Below are positions 29,511 through 40,900 of a DNA stretch of 64,000 bases, piece after piece. Positions within the stretch are counted from its first letter, which is position 1, and every line of letters starts with the position of its first letter. Both the position numbers and the translations under genes were made by a program. Below the pieces are notes generated by a model. It searched no databases, was not told where the DNA came from, and saw only the letters and a program-made list of their open reading frames with translations. The DNA comes from Antedon mediterranea (lineage: Eukaryota; Animalia; Echinodermata), in NCBI RefSeq assembly GCF_964355755.1, contig NC_092670.1, positions 8,484,201 to 8,548,200 of the forward strand, given 5' to 3'.

Positions 29511-30422
29511 TTTTTCATTTCATTTATTTCAATATCATTATCGCAGCCTTAGCTGAATTACAAAGATTTTTACATTTGTTCAATATTAAAATTTGTATAA
29601 AAGTATAAAACCAATGATAATTATATATAAAAAAGGAGGCAATTTACACAAGAAATACAATACAGGAACATTAAAAAAATTTAGCTTAAAATATTAAAAT
29701 AGAAAAAAAAAAAAAAAAAAACACCTAAAAGCATCAATAAGAATCGCAAAGCTGTACTGGGTGATATATACTGATTATTCATTTAGAAGCGAGATAAGGT
29801 ATGGTATTGCACTTTTTCTATATCTTTCAACTCTGCATTTGGGTTGTTGATACTTTACACGTCTTTGTTTCATGTTACTTACATTCTTCACTGGAAACCA
29901 TTTTCCAAAATGAATACTTTTTGAACAATTCAGAGCAAACTTATAGCATAGATTACGCCTTCTATCAGATAAAGTGTCTAGAGAAAGATCATTGAGTGCT
30001 TGGTCATAAGATATGTAGTCATTACACAATATTATTCTGCAAGCCCTTTTTTGGACAGATTCTATCATATCACTTTGTTTCTTAGTGAGACTAGAATGCC
30101 ATACTGGGACAGCATATTCAACACTTGGTCTTATGTAACTCTTAAATACATCTACAAGATCAAATTTCGGAAGATTGAACTTTCTTAATCTACATAATAT
30201 ATGCAGACGTCTGCTGGCTTTGGATACAATTTCTTTAACATTACGGTCCCATTTGAGGTTAGCTTGTATCCATAAACCTAGTAACTTAGTTTCATTAACG
30301 ATTTCAATTGTAGCATTACCAATGAAAAGGGGTTCAAGTTCATAATGATTTCTTTGAAAGTTAAAATACATAGTTTTACATTTAGTTGGGTTAAGTGTTA
30401 GTTTGTTAAAAGATAGGTTCAT
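29511..30422 (-). mobile_element. 5'-truncated L2/Crack-type LINE (RT C-terminus + 3' UTR)
   Basis: ORF 29775-30422 reads LNPTKCK...KLLG...KASRRL...YIRPSVEYAVPVWH...ESVQKRACRII. It has an AATAAA-(TGAAA)n tail. Confidence 0.85.
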
Positions 30423-30964
30423 AGCTGTATGGGAACACGTTATTCAATTTCACATGACTAGTAGGGTAAATATCAAGCTGACCACAGCAATGGAAAGTTT
30501 CACCATAGGGATTTTCATTCCTTATTTCGTATTTGTTGATATGTGGCATTGGCCCTCACAATTAACACTCTAAATATCTATTTTGTTGGTAATGTATTGT
30601 ATAGGGCTTGGTTCTATTTGATACGGCTTGGTAATTAGGAGGACCCCGATTTATGTTTCTTTACCCAGAAAAAATAGTAGGCCTAAATGCCTTAAAATAA
30701 CGCAAGCTAATATCACTCGACGCTCAAAATAATCCGTTAGCATTAGGCCTCAGTAGTAAATCTAATGAAAATAAAAACTTTATACACGACATTAAAGTCG
30801 AATACGCCAATTTTAAATTCGTTGACATTATTTTTTTACAAAACTACTGTATGTACATAAGTTTGTTTTGCAATATAGTGTAGCTAATAGAATAGTACTA
30901 CTAAGTATAGCCTGGAGGAAGTAGAATTATAGTTTTGACAATTGTACATTTTTTAGATTTATTG

Positions 30965-32044
30965 ATGAATGAATACGACTTCAACAAAGAAGAATTTAAC
31001 AGTGTAAATACCAACATGAAATGCAAATGTGAACACTGTGGATATGAATTTGAGTTCAGGGATTTAAAGGAACATTTAGGAATACACGTACATAGTAAAG
31101 AGTTTAAATGTGAAAACTCCGAGGATTTTTTGCTAAATGACCAAACACCATATTATGACTTTAAACATTGTAGGCCTAGAATTGAAGAAAGTAAACATTT
31201 TGGACTACCCATTGTCGAAAAAACTTCATATGAAATTGAACATTGTCGAAATGACGAAAGTGATAATTCAGGAAACACTGCCGTAGAAGCTTCGTATGAA
31301 TTAGAACATTGTCGAAATGAAGAAAATGAGAATTTGGGAAACACTTCTGAAGAAACATCGTATACTAAATCTGATGAAAATTGTGGAACTGAAGAAAGGG
31401 GTGATTTGGGAATTCACACTTTCGAAGAAACTTCGTTTGGTTGTGAAAATTGTGGGAAACAATTTAATAAAAGTGATGATTTAAAAAAACATTTTAAAAT
31501 TCACACAAGAGAGACACAACATGAATGTGAACATTGTGGGAAGACATTTAAACAGAATGCGAATTTGAAAAAGCATTTGAGAATACACACAGGAGAAGCA
31601 CCATTTGAATGTGAACACTGTGGGAAGAATTTTAAAGAAAGGGGGAATTTAAACAAGCATTTGCGGATGCATACAGGAGAGAAACCATATGATTGTGAAT
31701 ACTGTGGTAAGAAATTTAGATCTAGTGTAAATTTGACAAAACATTTGAGAGTACACACAGGAGAGAAGCCATATGAATGTGAACAGTGTCAAAGGAAATT
31801 TAAACACAGTGGGCAATTAAAAATACATTTTAGAACTCACACAGGGGAGACACCGTATGGATGTGAACATTGTGGAAAGAAATTTAAACAGAGAGTGATT
31901 TTGAGAGAACATTTGAGAATACACACAGGAAAGAAACCATATGAATGTATATTTTGCGCGAAGAACTTTAGAACTAGTAGTTATTTAAATATACATTTGA
32001 GATTACACACAGGATGCAAATCGTATGAATGTGAATATTGTTGA
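30965..32044 (+). CDS. C2H2 zinc-finger protein, 7 intact array fingers before a premature TGA (three more finger units, the first broken by the stop, continue in frame to 32347)
   Basis: Acceptor at 30956 and ATGs at 30965 and 31016. The N-terminus is homologous to the 21676 gene. TGA at 32042-32044 corresponds to GGA in duplicate copy A. It may be a truncated gene or a pseudogene. Confidence 0.78.
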   Translation: MNEYDFNKEEFNSVNTNMKCKCEHCGYEFEFRDLKEHLGIHVHSKEFKCENSEDFLLNDQTPYYDFKHCRPRIEESKHFGLPIVEKTSYEIEHCRNDESDNSGNTAVEASYELEHCRNEENENLGNTSEETSYTKSDENCGTEERGDLGIHTFEETSFGCENCGKQFNKSDDLKKHFKIHTRETQHECEHCGKTFKQNANLKKHLRIHTGEAPFECEHCGKNFKERGNLNKHLRMHTGEKPYDCEYCGKKFRSSVNLTKHLRVHTGEKPYECEQCQRKFKHSGQLKIHFRTHTGETPYGCEHCGKKFKQRVILREHLRIHTGKKPYECIFCAKNFRTSSYLNIHLRLHTGCKSYECEYC

Positions 32045-34831
32045 CAGAAATTTATCACTAATGGGACATTAAAAAAACATTTGAGAATTCACACCGGAGA
32101 GACACCTTATGAATGTGAGCATTGTGGAAAGAAATTTAAACATAATGGATATTTAAAATTACATTTGAGAATACACACGGGAGAGAAACCATATAAATGT
32201 GAACAATGTGGAATACAATTTCAATGGGATAAAACCTTCAAAAGGCATCTAAAAACACACACACAGCTTAGAGACACTCTTTCAATCAATTACAAAATTA
32301 GAACTTACATATTTATTTTCACTCTGATTGTTAAAGCATTTGATTGAAAAGATGGAATTTCTCAATATAAAATATTGTGTTTTGGTAAAGATATGAGGCA
32401 CATATATTTTTTATTCTGTAGATGGATTCATGACAGAGAAATCAGTTTACTGAACATTTTTTTTAAGTTTTTCATATCTCCCTTTATTTTATGTTATTGT
32501 AAAGTGTATTGATTTTATGTATCGTATTCCTCGTTTTCGTCAGTCACAAAATAGTGTAATTATTATTTGTACAGTGTTACCGCTAGAATAGGCCTAAATA
32601 GTAACAATCGGTAATATTACGTGTGTTTACTCGCTTTTGAAATCTTTTCAATGTAAATTAAAGAGAAATAATATCAAATTGCACCATTCTAAAAATATTA
32701 ACAGTAAATATTCGTGCAACAACTTTTTAAACAAAATTAACTAGGGCAACTACATTGTAAATTATTGCATCTCTAAATTATTTATGGAGTGCTACGATAA
32801 CATGACTGATCTATTATATTTAAGTTATTGAAATGTTATTTCAATGTGATTTCATTATAACAGTGTTTACAATGTTATAGGCTTTGATTTATTTTTATAT
32901 TTGCTTTCATTTTAATTACTTTTATGTATGCAATCGTGTTTTCAATCAAATAGTTTATAGGCCAGTGTGTTTTGGAGTATATCGCAAAAATAATAGCAGT
33001 TTGTACAGTAGGTCAGTGGTGTAGGAAAGAGTGGTATCGCACAAAATAATAGCAGTTTGTACAGTAGGTCAGTGGTGTAGGAAAGAGTGGTATCGCACAA
33101 AATAATAGCAGTTTGTACAGTAGGTCAGTGGTGTAGGAAAGAGTGGTATCGCACAAAATAATAGCAGTTTGTACAGTAGGTCAGTGGTGTAGGAAAGAGT
33201 GGTATCGCACAAAATAATAGCAGTTTGTACAGTAGGTCAGTGGTGTAGGAAAGAGTGGTATCGCACAAAATAATAGCAGTTTGTACAGTAGGTCAGTGGT
33301 GTAGGAAAGAGTGGTATCGCACAAAATAATAGCAGTTTGTACAGTAGGTCAGTGGTGTAGGAAAGAGTGGTATCGCACAAAATAATAGCAGTTTGTACAG
33401 TAGGTCAGTGGTGTAGGAAAGAGTGGTATCGCACAAAATAATAGCAGTTTGTACAGTAGGTCAGTGGTGTAGGAAAGAGTGGTATCGCACAAAAGTCCAA
33501 CAATGCAGAATTACCAATTTATTTGGTTATGTAATTTGCAATGTTTAATATCTCTGTTTCATTTGATTTAATATAAAAGTGGAAATTACAATAAAATGTT
33601 ATGATTGCCTTATTTAAATTTAATGTTTCTTCATTTATTTATTTGACCAAAAAACAATAATGTAAAACAAAACTGAGGAGGAGAATCGGTCAGAACGGTA
33701 AAGCAAAGATTTATAATATTCAAAATCAGCATATAAAACAAGGAAAAAAATAATTTAGCGATTTAGAGAAAGATTTATAATTGCCCAGAAGGACTCGGAG
33801 TCAATTGATGATAAAATATAAAGCACTGTCTACATAGCACTATCAACATTTTATGTGACAAAAAATGTGATGAGTGTGGACGTGATGATGTCATATACCA
33901 TATTTGGGCATTTCACTACCATATTTGGGCAAATCACACTTTTAGTTTGATAAGACAAAGCTATAGGATCGGAAGAGATTCAGAAACAGCTAATTAATAT
34001 TCAAATTCAAACTGTTAATTGCAACAAGGTAAGCATTGTTATATTTACAAATAACAACTACAATTCATTTCGTCACTTTGACGAATTATTTGTGATCATT
34101 GTGAAAACATAATTTTACTGACGTTTCATTTTTAAAAAATAAAATATGAGCGCAAAACATTGATATATTCCATCCATGACCTGATGCATAGGCCTACTAT
34201 TATAGAGTGCTGCTATTAGTGTCATATTTAATATATACAGTATATACGGTATATCTATATACAGTGTAGCATAGGTGAATACGTGACCCACACTATGTTC
34301 TAATGTTTTGGTATGATGATGACAATTTCGGAAGATAATGATTTAAGCAAAAGATATAACTCTTTTAAAATGTTTGTAACTTTGACGAAAGACATGAAAA
34401 ACCCACTTTTTAGTTTCAACTGACCCTTACTATAATGTCAACATTCAACAATTTTTATATGAATTCATATCTACATTTCAGCAGCTTTCATAATAAGTTA
34501 TAAACATCAAGGTCACCTTTAATTCTGAGGAGATGTGTAAGATATTCAAATATACGGTGTAAGTAAAAGTACGTAATACATTTTAATTTTTTAGGCGTGA
34601 CGTGACGTAATCAAATTTGAAACTTATGAGGAAGATTGGTTGAGCAAGCACACATTTTTTTAAACATATATTGTTTTTAAAACTAATAATATTAACATAA
34701 AAATATTTTTTAATTGGATATAATAACTTTAAAAGACCTCTACAAAACAAAAATGCAATAAAACAAAACATGATTTGTTTTAATTTACACGTTTTATTAA
34801 TAAATTATAATTATTATTATTATTAGACGTG
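31530..34831 (+). repeat. Segmental duplication, copy B (copy A = 1-5508)
   Basis: Colinear identity with the window start. Confidence 0.93.
32981..33494 (+). repeat. 56-bp minisatellite, 9 copies plus a partial
   Basis: Unit ATCGCACAAAATAATAGCAGTTTGTACAGTAGGTCAGTGGTGTAGGAAAGAGTGGT. It is single-copy at 4132-4186 in the paralog. Confidence 0.98.
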
Positions 34832-34931
34832 TTCGTGTGTTTTAGCATGACACTTTTGCTCTGTATGGCACCCCATTTGCACTGACGTCACATTTTCCCA
34901 ATTGATAATTTGAAAAACTCGTATCATCAAC

Positions 34932-37900
34932 ATGGCGGCCACCGGAGCACTTTTTGGTAGTGGTTCTTCTCGTTCTTCGAGCAAAAACCTGGTCGAATTT
35001 AAGGCTGGTAAAATGCACATGAAAGGAAAGATGGTTAATCCAGATAAACGGAAAGGTCTCGTTTATATTTATCGTTCTGAAGACGCTCTCATTCACTTCT
35101 GCTGGAAGGATCGCTCTACTGGCAGTGTAGAAGACGTGAGTACAGATATGGACGGGACGGAAGAGGGGAAAGAGTGTGCCGCTAGCTAAGAAAGATGGAA
35201 ACTAGGTGGGCTAAGGCTAGAGTAGACCTAGCCTAGGCCTAGATAAGTTAGGCGTATTTTCAAATAGGGCGAACTGATTCTACGTATCCAAATTTCTTAA
35301 ACATGTTAATGTTGTTGTTCCGAAATTGCTATCTTCGTCTGTCATTTTGATGACTTCATGTTTGTAAAAATTAGAATACTAGGTAGGCTAGGCCTACTAG
35401 AGGCCTAGTACTAGTAGGCCTAGCCCTAGGCTAGGGCCTAGACTAGAGGCCTAGGCTACTACTAGGCTAGGCCTAGAATAATAAAAAGGTGGATCCCATA
35501 ATTTTACATGCTTAAATTTTACAGGCCTATGTAGTAGTATGTAATGTATACAGTGTATATGAGTATGATGACACAAAATAGACAGAATTCAGCACTAACA
35601 ACATATCGTATGTATTTTATTTTATTTATTTATTTATTTATTAAGGTATAAAAACATCAAATTCCAACCAGCAGCAAGAGCTGAAAAGGTTGGATTACAA
35701 TCATAAACTTAAAACTGAGAAGAAAAAAACATCATAGTAGATCTAAACTAAACATTAAACTTAAAGGATTCGTGCTACAGTAAGTGCGGAATAGTAGACC
35801 GCCTATATCTTTCAGTGCGACATCTGCAAGAATCCAACTTCGAACTAGTATTGCTCCTTAACGATCTTGAATGCCTATCAGATTTATATGCTGGTAACAT
35901 ATTTCTAAATTTGGTAGATTCTAAAAGACTCTTGCCAAACTTGAGAAGGATCTGTTCTCTACGGGACTTTAAAGAAGGCAAACCTACTTGCTCTAAGGCT
36001 AATTCATAGCTAACATAATGTGGGCTCAAAATTATGCGCAATGCCCGTTTTTTAATTTTTTCTATTAAATTAGATTGCTGAACAGTTAATGATGAATGCC
36101 AAACCTGGCAGGCATATTCCAGCACAGGTCTGATATATGATGTAAATACTGTAACCAGGTCACTGACTGGTGCACTAGACCTTTTCAGGATTTTCTTGAT
36201 GTTATATCATTAACATTTGAACCCCATTTGAGGTCATTTTGGATTATTACGCCAAGCAGTTTTAACTTACTAACTATTGGAAGATTAAAGTTATCAATAG
36301 TGTAAACTAAATTAAGTTGCCGTTGCTTTAAAAAGTTAAATTCAATTACTTGGCATTTAGCTGGTTTAGGTAGAACATCATTAGATGCACACCACTCACT
36401 GACACTATTAAGGACACTTTGTAAGTTAGAGGAAGCACCGCATTTGGTTACTTCCCCTAAGCCCCTTTCTCACAGATGTGTCTGCAATATACCGGTACAG
36501 TGCTGGCATCGTGCCGGTATCGTTACCGGCATACACCCATTCTCATCGGACTATCGTGCCGGAAATATAACCGGTATATACCGGCTTTCTGTGAGAAAGG
36601 AGTCAGGCATATTCGGCCAATAAAAAGTCTCTGACAAAATAATTATTGAGGGCGTCCTTTATTGTTATTATTTTTGTCTAGGGATATATGGCGGCGAATG
36701 TTAGGTTACAGATTATTATCTTCCTTTATAGCATATTTATGCAATACATGCTATGTACAGTATATTGTGCATATATTATACAGGTACAGCAATTAATTAG
36801 CCGTCAATCGGCAATCTGTAAAACACCTTAGGAGGCTGTACAATTTACAAGGCGACGAAGGGTCAGGGGGTCAGGCTAGTTTAGGCACCAACAAAGAGCT
36901 ATATGTATGGCCTAGGCCTGCTATAGATTATGCTACAAATTTCTTCTTGTCCCCTTATTTTAAGCAGCTCTCTTATCTCATTATCCCTCCAGTTCGACAT
37001 TATTATTGTTAATTGAATTGAATCGGCGCCAAAGTGATACACTTGACCGCGCAAGGTGTCTGAAGCCTCGACAGGGAATATAACGGCATTACGTTCTCAC
37101 AGAATGCCTGTCTGGCATTGCGGGGAATATCCCTAGAATATTACTAGGTCTAAAGCAGGTCATGTCGATGCCGGCATGATGCCAAGACGACCCGTTCTCA
37201 CAGAAAACCATACCGGCATGGTAATGGTATATTCCCGCAATATTCCTGGCACTCAGCTCTGTGAGAAAGGGGCTCTAGAGTCAGGTCATCCACAAATTTC
37301 CAACGCCTACAACTTTCAATGGCAGCATCATTTACTAGAACCAAGAATAGTATAGGTCCCAGTTTGGTTCCCTGTGGTACTCCACAAGAGATTGATTTGG
37401 TGGAAGAAACGTGCGTGCCAGGTTTGGTAGTATGAGTTCTTTCACACAGAAAGCTGCAGACGATGGAAACAATGGATGACCTAACTCCAAGTTTAATTAA
37501 TTTATCTATAATAATTGTATTGTTAACTCTATCAAATGCCTTAATAAAATCAATTGTATACAGAGTTCAACTGATTGTTTGGGCTTGTCAAGACTTTCAT
37601 AAACATAATTTAACATATCCACAAGATAATGTATAGTAGATGAACCTTTTGTATTACCATACTGCTTAGTGTCTAATTATTATCAATATCCTCAATAATC
37701 CTCAAAATCTTAGCAAAGACCGGCGTCAATGATATTGGACGAAGATCATCAAAAGAGCGGATCTTCTTCATGCTGACACCGTCATAATAATGACTCTTTT
37801 TCTGTGTGCAATATTCTAACGTACAGTATATGATGACGTGCATGTGTGTGGCGTTTGTTGTTCGGATAACTAACTCGTTAAAGTGACGAGTTCAAATCTA

Positions 37901-40900
37901 GTTTAACTTTTTATTCTGTTATTATTAATATTCATTTGCATTATTATTATATAAATGTAGGATATTGAAAAGGAAATTCTTACGCAATTTCAAATTGGGA
38001 AAAGAAATTTTTAAACTGACTTGTTTTCCCTGTGGTTTGGCATAGTAGTGGTGTAGCATTGTGGCTATTCCTAAGAATTAAATGGTTGTGGGTTTGATTT
38101 CTGAATAAGAAAAAAATAGGCAAGAATTAAATAATATTAATAGCCAAGCCTTGCAGAATACAGTACGTCAAGTTTTATTCATATTTTATTTTCATTTATT
38201 TATTTATTGACTACTTTTGAAACATTTATTATATATACTTTTTGAATTATTTTTTTTTTCTGGTGGAACTAGCCTTAAAGCCCTCCGGGCTTATTTATGT
38301 TTCTCCAGCATAAGTGCATTCTAATTATAAAAAAAAACAAAAAAAACACTGTAATATTATTTCACAATGATGTAACTTATGAAAATAAATTGAATTGAAA
38401 TTGAATTGAAGTTTGAGGTTGTTGCTGCTGAATTGAAATTTCCGAATTGCTGGACAATCAATCTTAATCACTTAATGTATGATTTCTTAAGCTTAGTACA
38501 ATACTTTTTCTTTTAGGACCTCATCATTTTCCCAGATGACTGTGAGTTTAAGCGAATTACTCAATGTACAACTGGAAGAGTTTACATCCTAAAGTTTAAA
38601 ACTGGCAAGAAGTTTTTTTTTTGGTTACAGGTAGGCAAAAAAACCCACAAAAAAATAGTGTTAACAAATTTGTTGAGAGACTGAGCTGAGAGATTTTTTG
38701 ACATAAACCTTTTAAATATCTGTCACACAAATCTCATAACTAAAACAAATTGTCATATATTGAAGGCCTGTAATTGCATTGTACATTGAATGTAATTGTG
38801 CTGATTGGAGCTGGGTGGAAGTACCCACCCTAATCTTATTTTATCTTCCACACAGCCCAATAAATGTCTTCTTGAGGTCCTAAATTCATTTACCAATTAG
38901 AAACACATTCTGAATTTTCCAAACATTAATTAAGCTAGCCCAAAGGTTTCCAGTATTGGGAGAGTTGAGTGTACTAGCACAGTACTGGTGGAATGGGTTT
39001 TATCAATATTTCATGTATTTTTCATTTTTATGTGCTATACTCATTTGGTAGTTTTTAATTATTTGGCATCCCAGGAAGCAAAGACTGATAAAGATGAGGA
39101 ATATTGCCGAAAAACTAATGAGATGCTGAACAACCCACCTGCTCCTGGGTCTTCTGGTGGAGGCGGAGGAGGAGGAAGTGGCGGTGGCATCCCGCCAGAA
39201 TTGGCAGCTGCTCTTGGTGGATCCCATGGAGGTATGTAAACATTTTTCTTTTGTGTGTTTATATAGAAATTTTGATTACCAGACTTTATAGTAAGTGCCT
39301 GTTCAGACATGATTTTGTATTGTAAGTAGTGTACAACTCAATAGAAAAAGATTAGTGGAAGCCCCATGAAAGCTTCAAGATAAATGATTACTTGATTACT
39401 TACAGTAAGTTGAGTCATCAACCAATTGGGTTCTTTATACCAAATGTTTGCTCCGATCATTCATACTGAAAAGGTGTTATGTTAGACTGAACACTTACTC
39501 TATTACAGTATTACTTATTAATATTAATTATAATTATTAATTATAATGTGACTGTGTACTCGCACATTGCTATGCACAAAGCGCCATGAGCTCCACATGG
39601 GTGGGGAACACCGGCGGTATACAAGTTTTCATTTATTATTATTATTATTATTATTGTTGTTAATAAATGAAACCATAACTCAGTACGTCTGAACATACAT
39701 TTAATTAACCCTCTTTATAATTAATACCTAAAATTATCATTTACATTACCTGTAATTATGATTGTGTGTGTGGCTGTAAACAATGCTTTTCTAATTATCA
39801 TTTACATTACCTGTAATTATGATTGTGTGTGTGGCTGTAAACAATGCTTTTCTAATAATCATTTCATTTCTTTTACATATGTTCTGTAGCTGATGGTGGA
39901 CTTCAGAATTTACTGGCCAACATGGATCAGCAGCAGCTATTGCAGTTGTTGTCATCTGCTGGTGGAGGTGGAGGTATAGTTTATTTTATTATTTTATTTC
40001 AGTATAAAAATTTAAAAAACATAACAGATTCAAAAAATTGTATTAGTCCACTTAAAATAGAAATTAACTTTCCCTGGCATAATTAAGAGAATAAATTTAC
40101 ATAGAAAAAGTTTCAAAAATGCTATAGGCCAATATTAAAATACTGTTAATAGGCCAATAGAAGTCAAGACTGATAAAATAATTTATACAATAAGAAATAA
40201 TAACCTCAGAACTTGCATATAAAATAAACACACCGATCAAATATAAACATTCAAAACTATTGCGCAAGACTAAAAAATAAATAAAATCATGAAAAAATTT
40301 AAGAATTGGAGTGCTACCATGTACCTTTTTGAACGGCCTAGCTTCCCGGCCTAACTTTGGATAATGATTCAAGATGGATTAATTAAATAAAAGTTGAAAG
40401 ATAGATTCTCTATTTCTCAAGGAGGAGCCAAGTTAAATAGAGCAGTCAATCTTTCTATGAATGAATTATTCTCACCATTCAATAAATACAGAATATTCAC
40501 TATTTTTTTTGTATTATCATTGCCTATTTTTATCCATTGCTGTTTAGGTGGTATAGGTAACCTTCTTGGAAGTGCAAGACCAGCTACTACTACTCCATCT
40601 GTGTAAGTGATAACATGTTATGCTATTATTATTGTGCTATATTAACAAATATCAGTATGTATATTGATAACAATGTTTAATGACATTCAAGAGCGTAGAG
40701 CGAAAAATCAGTGGGGTCAGAGATCTTTTTACGTTGCGGCCGCAAGTGTATGGAACAGCTTACCAGCAACAGTTAAATGCTCAACTAGTCTAAACAGTTT
40801 CAAGACCAACCTAAAGACGTCGCTATTCGCTGATGTTCTCGCACGTTGTTAATGCACAAAGCGCCATGAGCGCCACATGGGTGGAGGATACCGGCGCTAT

